A DNA stretch of 64,000 nucleotides from Yuukianura sp. NJ FZ-2021 (lineage: Eukaryota): the NCBI GenBank assembly GCA_046563655.1, contig CM102290.1, positions 5,580,001 to 5,644,000 of the forward strand, given 5' to 3'. Below the pieces are notes generated by a model, which saw nothing but the letters and a program-made list of their open reading frames with translations, was not told where the DNA came from and ran no database searches. Positions 43,655-59,557 of the stretch are shown piece by piece. Position numbers and translations under genes: made by a program. Position 1 is the first letter of the stretch; each line of letters opens with the position of its first letter.

Positions 43655-46600
43655 TTAGCACGACTGGAATGTATTTGGAATTTGATGAGTTTGAGGCTCT
43701 GCAGCACTCATGAGGTCATTGTCCTCTGGAATCAGAGGGATCACAGCTTCCGCAGAAGGCGAAGGAGTACTCGGGCCTGTCTCTTTGCTTTCTTCCTCCA
43801 AATCTTGAACATTTTGCAACGCCGAACAGCAATGCAGCATTAGCAGTGCCAGTGCATCCACTTTGGCTTCACTTCGACCCATTTTCTTGCTGGCTTCCTG
43901 TTTACCCCAATTCTTCTGCTCCAATGTCAAGGCATCAATCTCCTGTTGTAGTTGACCCAACTGCAATGTAAACACAAAGTTATAGACAGCTTCAAAGGTT
44001 ATTAACTTCTGTTCTTACTAAAGATGGAATGTTAAAATGCTACCATTGTGTTGAGTTTTTCTTTTCGTTGAACTTGTGCTTGGTTTGCAAACAAATCCCG
44101 GCCGGAATCCTTGGCCAATGAAACTAAATCATCCCCGTCATACTTGATCAAGCTATCCACAGCATATTCAAGTACTTCACGAGAAAGTTCTCCCGATCCC
44201 TCCTCCGCCAGGCTTTGAAACGGATTCCGGAATTGCGTTCCTGCTGCACCATCTTGCATTTGTCCAGTCGATACGGATGTCTAATTACAACAAAGGAAAA
44301 TTGTTACACTCGTAACTGATGAAAATGCAATGAAATGCAATGCAATTGCGATGAAATGAAATTGAAAGTGGACTTACTTTGCGACTGGTGGCAGGAGATG
44401 TGTCCGGAGAAGGCGGGAGACTTTTGGATCCTGTAGCACCATTATTAGGAGCGGCGGACGGTGGTAACAGTGTAGTCGCTGATCCTGCTCGCTTTAGCTG
44501 AACTGATCTTCCCTGAACAGCACTGGCAATGAGGCCGCCTGGAAATAAAAATTTTACATTGAGAAATGGACTTCAAGCACAACTCCAAATAAATAGACTG
44601 TTAAGAGTACAACTTCTGCTCACCAAGTGTACGTCGTCGAACGGAAACAATTCCACCAGGTTGCTAAATTCAAACAGAAATGCTTTCCAAACAACAAATG
44701 AAGATGAAAAGGATTCGGTTGTGTGGTGTACTTACAGAAGTTTCAATTTCAGCAGGACTCCTTCGCCCATTTCCATTAATTTCATTAGGTTCACTCTCAG
44801 TCGTAATGATCTCCGGATTCCCTTGTCTCCGCTGCTGATATTCACCGCGACAAATCGTGTTTGCTAAGCACCTTTCGTTGCACTTCTTATGACACTTCAT
44901 GCTGCACAGACTACAAACGTAAGCCTCTTTGAGCCAAATCTGTTTCAGAAAAAGTTAATAAAACGTCAATAGGTCGAACAATGCTGACATTCATTTCTTG
45001 ACAGTCTTTACCTTTTTGTTGCAGTAGTCACAAACCGCAGAGGACTTGAAATGAGTGCGTACAAAGCGATGTGCTTGCGGTTCATCACTGGGACTCAACT
45101 GTCCCTGCTCCCCAAACAGGCTAGGTTCAGTAGAATTTCCGACATCCAACTGTACTCCTGTTCCAGTTGAAATGGAATCCTCGGATCCTTTTCTCTTGGA
45201 GTCATCGATTGCCTTGAAGTGGAAGGACAGAGTAACTTTCCCGTAGCACATCGTGGGTTCAAATCCAGAGTGATTCTTGAGTTCATTCTCTCTCCTAGTC
45301 AAAGTATTAATGAAAAAACTGATTGAGTACCGAAATACCAAAAGATATGAAATAGGACAACTTACCCTTCAGAAGCTGCACTCCCATCAGGAGGACCAAA
45401 GTAGAAGTCTTTGACGAAGAAACCCATGCCAGTGGCATGTGACTCAGAAACCACGTCGGCAAGAGGAATGCATAGACTCCCAACTAACGAATCCTTCCCA
45501 AATGGCAGAGTAGGCGTTGATGGTCGTCTTTGTCGAGTCTAGAAACCAACAAAACAACAAATCAGCACAGAAAAAGTAAGTCAAAAATAGAATAAGGATG
45601 AGAGTATGTGCTGGCAAACCATTCGTTTCATTGGAGAACCACTGGGGGTCGATGTGCTGCTACCATCGGAATTGTTTGTTGTGTCAGAGCTCCAGCATCC
45701 CACGTTTATAAATTGCTGTGCTTCGTCCAGAGTGAAAACGAAAGATTCTTGGAAAATCGGATCCTGAAACAATAAAAAAAATGTCTAAATTGTATGAATA
45801 ATTAGCTCTAATTTAGCTTTGTGTTGCAATAAAAATAAGAAAATAAAAAAACTAACACGACAAGCAGGGAGTGGATTAGTTTTGTAGATGTGTTCAACTT
45901 TGTCACTGCTGACAGGATGAATCCCAATGGAAAAGTTTTCAATTGGTTCCGCGAAGGAATTCCTACGACTTGAGTTCTGACTGTGACTTCCATCTGAGTG
46001 TAAACTACTTCCAGCCACAACTCCGCCGTCTCTACTTCCTAAACTTTCACAAAGTGCGTCTTCTCCAACCGAAACGTCTCCATTCTCTGCCCCGACGGCG
46101 CCGCAACGACGTCGAATCCGAAAAATGACACGAACAGACGAAGAGTTTCGAAATTGTTTGATACACTGCTTGATTGTGGACACACGCTTTCCGTCGACAG
46201 CAATAATCTCATCACCAGGTTCCAGCACACAGTCATTTGGAGAAAAAGAGACCATACTCATCACATTGCGAATTGCTCTTGAAACGGAAATTGGAGACTC
46301 CACGGATTCCACCACAGGTACATCTCCTTGCCTGAAACAAAAAAAAAACAAAGTAAGTTAGTGTCGATTTCAATTTATATTTCATGAAAGTTAAATAAGT
46401 AAGATATTTACTGTGTCAAACGGAAATCGAGCTCCCGCTCACGTTTCGCAGTTTTGACATATCCAACATCTCGAACGACGAAGACTTGCTTCCCGGAAGT
46501 TTCATAAGCAGCCACCCAGTCAAAATTGGCTAAATAGAACTTTCAATGTTGAACCAACTTTGATTGCTAACTATTTCTCCATGTTTTATTACAGAACTGG

Positions 46601-47966
46601 ATCTTACCGATTCCTAAACTCGCATACACATTTCCACGAAGTAGTTTTTGCATAAGACCACGACACTCCACGACAGTGATCGTGAGAGAACCAGTCGTCT
46701 CAATTCTTGGAGCTGCATTGGGTACACAGGCGGCCACAAATGGTTGAATTCGACTGAAAAACGGCTTGTAGCGAATTTTGTACATAGGCAGAGTATGCTT
46801 CTTCTTCACGGAACGTTTGAGCTATTAGAGACAACAGGATCAATGAAAACACTAATTCATTACTAATACGCACAAAATGCGAAGTTCGAACTCACTTGAG
46901 ATGCAATGACTGCTGTGACTTGATTGATGCTCTTGCCATAAAGCTGAGACACAACGGATATATCAATTTCTGGATTTTCTGCAAAGCTGAATGACCAGTG
47001 CGCATAAGGTTCTGAAGAAAATCCCAGTCGAGCTTGTCCTTTGACCTTGTTGACTGGAATAAAAATTAATGGAAACGATTCAAGCCGATCCCTGTGAGAT
47101 CATTGCCGAATGGGAATTCTTGACTTACGCTGCACCGAAAGAAAGGCGGAATGCTTGAGATGTGATTCGGCTTTAATCGAGAATTGAAAACCACCGGCGT
47201 AGTCCAGGTCTACAAGAATATCTAGCGTCGAAATGCTTTTGAACACTGGGTGTAGTTCCACTTTCACTGCAAAAAAAAAAAAATTAAATAGAGAAGTTGA
47301 AGACGTAGATGAAGTAAGTAAAAAAGTATAAGCAAACACTGTTAGGACGTACTTGTCCGAACCCAGTTTACCACAGGAAAGTTCTGGCCGAGATCAATGT
47401 TTTGAATCTGAAAACACCAAAAATATTCATCCGAATGACAATCTTAGGGTCAGGATTGTTACATAATTCTAAATAGTAAGTTTGAGTAGCAATTCGAACT
47501 TGAATCGTAGTAGTATACCGTAATATTTGAAAAGAATTTCCCAAGGATGGAGGTGGCGAGGAGCTCATCAAATTCCAGAGCTAATTTCCGTAGCACCCAT
47601 CGTCGTACGCCTTCCGAGTTTTTGAGTTCGCGAAATAAAAAGTAGAGAATGAAATTGACTGCCCAGCAACTTTCCTTCGTTTTGTACGATTCATCACTAA
47701 TTTTGGAGAGAAGAATCTGGAAAAGGTGGAATTCAATGTCACGATTAGTTGAATAACATGAATGGATATTAAGATATAAGCACTCTTCGACTTACTGGAG
47801 GGAGCTGGAAGGTTGCACTAGTCGCTTGAGGAGGCAGCGGTTGACCTGGCTTCTTGTCATCTGGATCATGGAGGAATACGGACAAGACGTACCAAAGACC
47901 TGCCACTACCAAGCATATCCCGGCCACCACTCCAACAAAAAATATGAAGATAGTTTGCATCCACAT
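43655..47966 (-). CDS. PDZD8: PDZ domain-containing protein 8 (ER-anchored SMP-PDZ-C2-C1-coiled-coil lipid transfer/tether protein), multi-exon
   Basis: N-terminal TM helix; SMP domain ESCWAVNFILYFLFRELK..LEFDELL; KKKHTLPMYKIRYKPFF; PDZ LEPGDEIIAVDGKRV; C1 domain HRFVRTHFKSSAVCDYCNKKIWLKEAYVCSLCSMKCHKKC; C-terminal ALALLMLHCCSALQ. Confidence 0.93.
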
Positions 47967-49159
47967 GTCTGGCAGTCAATTGGTAATTGGAATGTTGCAC
48001 TTCAGTGACTAAATGGCCTTTGTGTCATGATTTGGTACCAAATAGGATAGACTAGAGTTACTCAACAGTTGTAGACAAAAACAGCGATGTATTCAATCTG
48101 TAAAAACAAAAGTAAACAAAATCAGCTGTTTGCGATTTTGTTTCCATGTACTAATCCAAAATTCTGATTCAGAATTAACACTATTTGATTTATGAGTTGA
48201 CCTGGAACAAGAGTACAACTATACATGATTTATGTGTGCTTACGGAATGAGTATGACGTTTGACCATGACGTGTGGCCGGTGATGACTTGGTAATGACGG
48301 AGTGACACTTTCTTCTGGTCAAATGTTGTCGATGGAAAAGTGAATGAGAAGTGGGGGCTATGACAAAAAGGAGATGACGATGACAGAATGGACACAAATG
48401 ACAAAGTCAGCTGAAGTTGCATCAATTGTAGCCGGCGACGAAGACAATTAGCAAATTATGAAACAATTTATGACAAAATTAAGGTGGGGAGGCGGGGTGG
48501 TGGAGGTGTCCTTCTCTCCGGAAAAGGAATCTCACCGTTGCCACTTGCCACAACAAAAGAACACAAGAAAGTGGACTTTCACTATGGGCACAACACTCAA
48601 ACTCTTCCATTCATTCTCCGTCTGCCCTTTTGCCTCGATTACTAATCGATCAGCAATTAGTGTGACATTCAGCATGCGTCATAAAGGTCACAAGGTCACA
48701 AAAATCCAAACATACCACCCTCCCTGCAATTAATGTACAATTACTATGCTGCACTATTTATATAATTTTAGTTCCTCATTCCGCAAAGGAATACTATGGA
48801 TTAAATTAACTAACTTTAGAACAATTAAGGAATATTGAGTTCTGGATGGTTTTTCTTCCTAGAATATCAAGTCTTGGAACACACTAGGCCAAAAGTATTC
48901 TTCGTCTAGTAGTTGATAACTGAAGAAAATTAGTAATTTTTACAAATAATTTTGAAAAAGGCGGCTGTGTGATTCCTAACATGGCAACGCCGGAAGTTTG
49001 TTTTAGCCAAACTTGTTTTCTTTGTTTCTCGAGACTTTTCACATCCATCCGTCGAACGTCTTCGCTCATTTCACAAACAAAGGAGAGACAGTGAGGTCGA
49101 CCGTCGGGGTAGTCTAAATTGTTAAGTACTTAAGTCCGTCACAACGTCCAAGATAAATC

Positions 49160-50617
49160 ATGAATCGACCATATTCGATACTGAACCGACCATATTCTCC
49201 AATGAACCGACCATATACGACTGGTCTCCTTCAAATTGCCCAAATTCTGGAGAAAAGACATTTCTCCGAAGAAAAGCCGACCAGGTAAGGGTGTCCTTGA
49301 AATAACAGTAACTCTGTGTAACATGTGACCACTGCTAACTTCTGTTTTCACTTGCAGACCGTCGACGTACGAACCGACTCCTCAACCTACGACTCAATCA
49401 CCTCGCTTCCAGCAAGGGGCTGTCACTGGTGCCTATGACGAGTCCGGCAATGTCATTGACATTCCTTTCTACCGTTACCGTCAAGGAATTTTGGGCACCT
49501 ATCCGTCAAAGTCAGATGAGAAATTGGACGAACAGTTTACTGCCTCTAGGATTGGTTTCGTGAGAACACTCGATGCTCGTGCTAGACTCGCTCAGGCAAA
49601 GAGAGTCCGGGCTCAGAGCATCCGTGAAGAGGTACTGTCTAATTTATTGCATGAGGAAGTACAAATACTGAATGTGACGTTAACTTTTTGTAGTCTCTGC
49701 GAAACCGAGTCAAACGCAAGGAGAAACTTGCGGAAGAACAAGCCACTCTTGCTATGAAGACACGATCTCGCATGGATGCCTGGGCACTGGAACGCCGTAA
49801 GCGTGAAGCCGCTGATAAGCGATTTCAGCAGCAAAGAGAAGCAAGTGGTGAGTAAATAGTAATACTAGCAAATGAATTGGAGCATTCCTCACGTTCTTAT
49901 GACATAGAGATCATTCGGAAGGGAGAGGAGATGCTGGCAGCACATGTCCAGCAACAAGAAGTAAGTATTTAAAAACATCAGTTGCATATTAAAAAACACT
50001 AGCCTTGCTTTGAAATGTTGAAAATACAGGAGTTGGAACGTTTGCGGTCTTTGAAGGAACGAATGAAAGACATGGATGCCAAGAAGCTCCTTCCTCCGCC
50101 ATTGCCAGTCAACTTCAACACATTCAAAGCACCGGGGGAGACGTTTGGACAGGCTAGTCTTTACATTAATTGATTAATAATTGTAAAATTCATTGGATAT
50201 TGTCATTGACCTAATTGTCATGACAACAGATGATCTTTCGACTGGAGATGCTCAAGAAGCAAAAGGACGATCAAATGGAGATTCAGCTCGCCAAGAACAG
50301 ACAGGCTCTCCTCCAGAAAGTCGAAAAAGAGTTGAAGCCCCGCAAAAAGTACCGACCATCCACCTCCGTCCCACCGATGACGACGCAGTAAGTCAAATAA
50401 TTCCATGAGACTACTTTAGTAGTCTATCAATGAGACTACTTTAGTAGGCCCAGCAGTTAAAATTTGAAATATATTGACTTTTAGAGGGCGACGACGTCAG
50501 ACTGAGGCTGAGCAGGCAGAGGCCATGAATCGTCAGCTCGTGCGGGAGACACGGGCAGAAGAAATGACTCGAATGGTTCGAGAGTTGAATGTCCTGGACA
50601 ATAAGTACCGCAACTAA
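49160..50617 (+). CDS. Orphan coiled-coil protein (~330 aa); exons ~49160-49284, 49358-49632, 49693-49847, 49908-49960, 50030-50152, 50230-50387, 50484-50617
   Basis: Seven exons join in consistent phases with GTAAG/GTGAG donors (one intron needs a GC donor). MNRPYSILNRPYSPMNRPY start, then E/R/K/Q-rich helices. Stop at 50615, AATAAA near 50733. Confidence 0.72.
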
Positions 50618-51140
50618 CAAAATTAACTCACACACACATTCCAATTCACGTAAAAGCACACGTACTACCAAAATTCCAAATTCGACTGGAAAGAGAGTAA
50701 AGTAATAGAGGAGATATAATTTATTCCACATGAATAAAAGTTATATTTTCATTTATTTAAAACAAAGCCCAAGGAATAATCATAGTAGTAGCAGAAATAG
50801 TATTTGCATTTTGTGTTCATAGGATTGTACCAGAATAGTTCTCTAACCTTAAGGGTCTCCTTAAGGGTTTCACGTCCTTAAGGGCCTACTCCTCCAAACA
50901 AATAAATACAAAAGGGAACTAGGGCACTTCCCTTCCGGTGGGACCCTTCACTCATCATGCAGCTCTGGACAGACCCTTAAGGGGTCAAATCCACTTAAAC
51001 TGTCCATTGTGGATGATGAGTGGAGGTGAGGATTAGAAAGCCCACTTTGAGTAATAAAGTAAAGAGATGTTGATGTTTGAAGAAGTTAGAAATAGAAGAG
51101 CCACTGGCATAACAGTAACAACACAAGTCCAGGAGTCGCT

Positions 51141-53381
<2,241 letters not shown>

Positions 53382-56300
53382 TCACTCAGGTTCGCCTGTA
53401 CACAGGAGAACCACTTACGTACAGACACCCCTAACACAGCATGACTATTCCTCAGAACGACGGATATTCCGCCCTCTCATTCTCATTCTTTTTAGTCAAA
53501 CAAAAACCCACAAATGACCTTCACAACTCTCTGCTCTCATCAGTTCATCCCATATTCGCAATCGGTTATAATAATAATAATATATAGTATTCAAATAGCT
53601 GTACCAGTTCTCTCTCTAGCTTTAATAAACTAAAGTTTACTTTCAAAAATACAAAATAAAGGAACCTGTGTAATGACATTACGAGAGTAAACAGTAAGAA
53701 TAATTATTATTTTAATAATAATAAAAACAGTAAGAATTATTATTAAAATAATAATTATTCATAATTATGATTTAATAATTATTATTATTCTGCCAGACAA
53801 GCTATTATTCAATAATAGTGTGCCTCATAATTTACTACCTCATTTTCCAATGAAAAAATATTACTTTTTCAATTTTTTTTTTGTAAAACACTGTATTCAT
53901 CGTTTATTAAACGTTTAAGTATCAAGTATAAAATTAGTATTAAAAGTTTTTGCGAGAGAGATTATTAGCAATTATTATTACATTAATAATATTATTAGTA
54001 ATTATTATAAAAATATTTAGAGAATACGACTAAAATATTAACGTGATACAATTATTGTTGTGTTTTGAGTGTTTTTGTGTTGAGTGGATGAGTGTCTGCT
54101 GATCTGTTGAAGTGAGTGGCTAGTGGTGCTTAGGTGTGGTTATTTTTGAAATTGGCGGTTGGTCCTCCTGTACTTGAGTGAGTCTCCTGTACTTGGAACC
54201 TGCATTGGAACCCATTCCCTCCACTGTCCCTCTAACTTTTAACAAAGGAATTCAGTCACTGCGTTCTTAAAACCTTCGTCCAGTGACACACCACTCTTCT
54301 CCTGACATGACCAGTCACTCACCCCCTGACCACCTCATTCCATAAGGGGAGGTCAATGGTGGCTCTGTTCCTGTCCCACTTTGGTGGTCATGTCCAAGGG
54401 AAGGCTCAAGAATGTGAACATGGCCTCCGTCCAACACTCACATCTGCAGTTTGCCTCCCGTGGGGTGGTTTTTGGTGTACTGTCTGTACATTTTAGTTCC
54501 AAACCCAAGGCCCCTTCGTCCCTTCCCTCCAAGTCCCCCCACCTCCCCCCGCCCCCTCGTAAGGGAACACCAAGGAACATTTGACCTTTGACACTCCCAA
54601 ACACAGCTCTTCTGCCCTTCACAGGAACATTTCTTTGCATCATCTCAAGTGTCAAAATTCAATTTAAACTGCAATTTAATTTGGAATTGGCAAGAGACGT
54701 CGGTGGGAACGAGACACATTAAAATTCAATCCCACTCGAAAATCCGAATAGAAGTGCAGAGTGACTCTTTTATGACTCAGATGAACCAGACTAAACATCC
54801 GACACTCTTTTTAATAGCTGGACAACAGATAACACATTTTGGTCATCCATTCCCATGTCGCAAGAGATTTTTGTGTGGGCGATGAATGAGTCACATGACC
54901 CCCTGCCTAAGGGATCCTATCCCCCCTCTAAGGCACCCCTCCCCCCATGCCACTTTTCTTTGAAAAAGTTGGTGAAAGTTTGTGGAGTTTTGGAGTTTGC
55001 TGTAACGTCAATCGATTCCTCCGAGAGAAAGTTGAACTTGGGAGGAGTGCAGTTGGAGGACTTCAAAAGGAAAACCAACGCTTTAGTTCTTCTAACAAAG
55101 TTTCTGCACAATTCCAACTGTTGTTGGCACAAACTTTGAACTTTCTTCCAACAAAAACTTTCTCTCCTCATTTCCTTTCCATTTCTACGACTTTCTCCCA
55201 ATTACTTTCTCTCTTCAGTCCAAACACTGCCAACTTTCATAAAATTCCGCACATTATTACAATTCTTTCCTTGTTTTGCAAACGAACAGGAATCTGAGAG
55301 TGAGAATTTGCTGAGGTGAGGAATTCCTGCTTAAAAGCGTTGCGTCATTTCATCCATTAAAGTTGCTCAATAGAGCGGTTTTGAAGGATTCAGCATTTTT
55401 GTGAGCATTTTGCTCAAAAGTGGGTTGAAGCGACGACGGAGAAAGTTGGTGAAACTTTCCTTAGAGTCACTCTAAACTTTAACACTTTCTCCCTGTATTC
55501 CCTTTAATTAAGGACGCAAACTCTACAAAAAGTTGAACAACAACAGAAACTTCCTAACTGCGAAAAGAGAGTTGGAAACTTTTGGGTCAGCTTCAACAAA
55601 AGTAATAAATTACACAACTTCGCTCCTCTTTTCCACCAAAAGTTCAAACGGAAACTTTCTCTCACAAACTTTCCTCTACTTCAAACTTTTCTCCCCGTTC
55701 TGGATTTAAGTTGAGGCTAAAAGTTGGCTCCATCATTTTCCACTCTCTGATGTGTACATAACACCAAACCAAGCGCATTACATCCACAAAACATAAAAAA
55801 TACTGATGTTTAGGTAGTTTGGCGCAGACTGTGGTTAAAAATGCAGTAAAAACGGATGTCTGGTCAGTCTACATAATTCGGCGCAGACTGTTCGTTGGTC
55901 AGTTTGCGGTCGCTTGGCGCAGGCTGTTGATGAGAATCTTAATTAGGTGAACCATTTCGTAAAATTGTGAGGTTTTCCCCAATTTCCTGTTTTAGTGTGC
56001 CTATTTAGCGAAGAGTTGCGTTGTTTCCTTGAATGAGAGTTGTGAAGTTTCTCAGAGGAAACTGTTGCGTCACAGTCTCAATCTCAATATTCAATATGCA
56101 TTCCTTATTTTGAGGCAACAGGTTGAATTGTTAAGATGAAAAAAGAACCTTGGTGTCTCCCCATCTTAAGCCTATCCCTGGCCAACTCTCACCTGGACAT
56201 GGGGAATGGTCAACCTGTTCTTCTGCAACTTACTGCCAAATACAACTTACATTCACAATGTGAATTTCACATGTAAGTTCCCACGGTCAACATAAGTTTA

Positions 56301-56585
56301 GAAACTTAAGGAAGTACTAAGTCCACTCTACCACAACCAATGCAAGGTTTTAAGTCTAAACCAGTTCGATAGTCTGTGTCACCCTCGATAATCGCAGTCT
56401 CAAACCACTCTTGTGCTCTGAATTCATAAATATTGAACAAGTATTTGGAATCCATGAATTTTGACAACTGTTAAATGACTGTGTTTGTTCCAGTGTTTGA
56501 GTAGCCGACGATCGATAGTGGAACTGAGTATCCGTGTCCACTTCCTGGCGGTGTCCAGTCTGTCCGTGTCCAGGACCGAGTTGGG

Positions 56586-58031
56586 ATGTCCAAACGGGGC
56601 AATGGAGGCGGGATTGATGGATTCTTGAAGTCCGTTTGGCACTCTATCGTCATCTCGTTCCTTGGGACCAAGTGGCAGATGAAGGAAATGCTGACGAAAC
56701 AGAGACAAATGGACCTCAGCAGTAAGTTCAAGTTGACCAATACTGTCAATGATTAAAAGTGACAATGAGAGTGACTGAGAAATGTTTTATGTTTTAGCTG
56801 CTTCTTATAGGAAGGGAGACGTGGCTGTGATAACAGGGGGAACAAGAGGGATTGGATTCGAGACGATCAAAGGACTCCTGCAAGTGGACATGCATGTCAT
56901 CATGGGTAATTGAAAATTGACCTGGCAGTTGACCTTGACCTGTGATTGCCCTTGACTTTGTGCTTTTTTGTTCATTAGGGTGTCGCCAAGTATCCGAGGG
57001 GGAGGAGGCTGTAAGGAGAATCCGTTCCGATGGAGTTGAGTCCGGGAAGGTGGATGTGCTGGGGCTGGATCTCATGTCGCTCACTTCCGTCAGAGACTTT
57101 GCCCAACAAATACTCAACAGGCATCTCCCAATCACAATACTCATCAACAACGGTAAGTCGGAGGATGATGGGTGATATTTGACCTTTGACCTTTGACTTT
57201 TGTTTAGCTGGAGTGATGTTTCCTCCCTACGCGGTGTCTGAGGATGGTTACGAGTCGCAGTTCCAGATCAACTACTTGGGCCACTTTCTTCTCACGCACC
57301 TCCTCCTGCCCAACCTCGCTCAAACTGGAACTCCGTCCAAGGTGGCCCGTATCGTCAACGTTTCGTCAATTGCTCACTACGGTGGGAAAATCAACTTTGA
57401 CGACCTGCAGATGGAGTAAGGATGGGCTTGTCAATTGATCAATTGATTAGATTCATCAATTAGACTTACTGATTAATCTAACTAACGTAATTAATGGTGT
57501 TTTTAGGAAGTTCTACTCTCCCAAGATGGGGTACATGCGAAGTAAGATGATGCAAGTGATCTGGACGGAGGACCTCAACGATCGACTGACGAAAGCCAAC
57601 CTCAACGTCCGCGTCTACTCCCTCCACCCAGGCGTCGTCCATACGGATCTCTACAAGCATCTCTTCATCTCCAAGTTCACATGGTGCATTCGCTGCCTCT
57701 TCCTCGTAAGTCCTTGTTTTTTAAAAGTGTCCAAGTTTAAATTGAAAGTGTTCAATTGCAATTCCAGAGTCCAGACAAGGGAACCCAGACCTCCCTGTAC
57801 GTAGCTTTATCCCCGGAAGCAGAAAGTGGCGGAGGGAAGTTCTTCGCCAATTGCCAGATCGTTGCTCCAAATCCCAAAGTTCATGATCCCGCTCTGCAGA
57901 AGAAGTTGTTTGATGTATCATGTGACCTCACAGGGATTACGGAATTCACTCCTCCCCCTCCAACCCACACGGCACCCAAACTACTCCAACCTACGACCAC
58001 TGACCTTGAACTCATCGTGGATGTCAACTGA
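56586..58031 (+). CDS. Short-chain dehydrogenase/reductase, DHRSX/RDH11-14-like, copy 1; exons ~56586-56721, 56798-56905, 56980-57152, 57208-57416, 57507-57705, 57768-58031
   Basis: TGGTRGIG Rossmann motif, NNAGVM, NYLGHFLLTHLLLP, RIVNVSS, catalytic YMRSK, LHPGVVHTDL. Confidence 0.92.
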
Positions 58032-58235
58032 GTTACTTCGGCTTCGGCATGCTCAACACTACATTTTTAAACCATCCAGAGGTTACTATGAAACCTACAC
58101 GTCCATTTCTTCAAAGCCTATCTTCCTTACTTTAAGAATTTGCTAATAAAAGAGGAACGCCCGAAACGCAGGGTTTAAACGCGTTCGTAGTTAATTAATT
58201 AAATTTCTTAAAAGAGTAATTAGTTTACTAATTAA

Positions 58236-58860
58236 AAATAAACGGTTGTAAACCGGTGTACGTAAGTAGCGAAGATAGCGCCCCCCCCCGGGGGGAGGGG
58301 GAGTGGGGGTGGGTTCCCCCCACTATCCCGCCCCACCCCGGGGGAGAGGGGGTGGGTTCCCACGGGTGAGTGGAGATGGGGTTCCCCCCTGGGGGAGTGG
58401 AGATGGATTCCCCCGGGGGGAGTGCAGATGGGTTCCCCCCGGGGGAGTGGAGATAGGTTCCCCCGGAGGATTGGAGATGGGGTTCACCCGGGGGAGTGAA
58501 GATGAGTTGCCCCCTACCAGGGCCTTAAAGCGAAAAAAGTTGACTTTTGACCCGGAAGGGGGTCACTTGGGGTCAAATGATGTATACAAAAGTTGTTGGT
58601 CTCGAAGAGACGAACAACTTTTGTATAGGCCATTTTCCATGTTACCGGGGATGAAACCGGTTGACCTTGACCTTTGACCCGGAAGGAGTTGACCCACCGG
58701 GATGATATTCAATAGTGAATATCCGCCCGACCTCCGGTGTTCACTAGTGAAAACAGATCCCGGAAATGTTGAGCCGTTTCCGAGATAATTGCCGCCGGCG
58801 GCCGGCCAGACAGACAGACAGACCGACAAGGTCGATGCATAAAGTAGCTTCGCTACTTAA
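58236..58860 (-). mobile_element. DINE-1/HINE-type non-autonomous Helentron element
   Basis: Subterminal inverted repeats AAGTAGCGAAG (58264) / CTTCGCTACTT (58848); terminal hairpin AAGTAGC-TTC-GCTACTT; (GACA)n microsatellite at 58809-58824; small stem ACGGTT..AACCGGT at the other end; central ~28-bp GGGGAGTGGAGATGGGTTCCCCC tandem repeats. Confidence 0.8.
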
Positions 58861-59557
58861 TAAACTAGATAAGACGTTTCAGTTTTTTTCGGACAATTAG
58901 ACACTCCTGGCCTGGCGTTGCATACTGAGACAAAAAGGCGGGAAGTGGATTTGAAAAGTGGGACAAGAGTTGGCATAAGGCATAGCGAAGTTGATTGTAC
59001 TCCCCTATTTTAGCAATACAATGTAGCTACTTGCGGTTGTAATGGATGGCACTGTACGTTGCCACTTTGGGATAATGTGACAGTGGCTCCGAAAGTTGCC
59101 ACTTAGATGTACCCGCCTATGGTAGCCTCAAAAATGGCTGAAGTGGCTCTGCTGGGTCGAAATGATGTTCGTTAATCCTTATTGCAACCGGAGAAATAAA
59201 GGAAACAAATCAAAGGCAAACAGCTGTTTTGTATTCTCACGGTCAGCCGGTATTACAGACGCGAATCCAAAAATACTAATTGTTAATTAGTGACACGTTA
59301 ATTAGAAATACTCGGAACTGTCAACTGTCTTTGACATCATCGGAGGAAGGTTACATCACAAGATAACAAGTTCTTAAGGGCCATCAAACTTCATTGTCTA
59401 ATTTCACATGTTCTATTTCTAGAATTATTGTCCTTTTCCTGGCACAACGCAACAAGAATAGCAACGGTACCATCAATTCTCAAACCTAATTAATTAGAAT
59501 AATTCATGATTGGAATAATTTTGTCCTTTGCACGAAGAAACGCTACAAGGAGTTGAC

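Noticed and set aside
56137..56585. Possible N-terminal coding extension of SDR copy 1 from the ATG at 56137 through small exons
   Set aside because: The spliced frame is out of phase with the SDR ATG and the SDR frame has a TAG near 56502; at most 5' UTR exons or a uORF.
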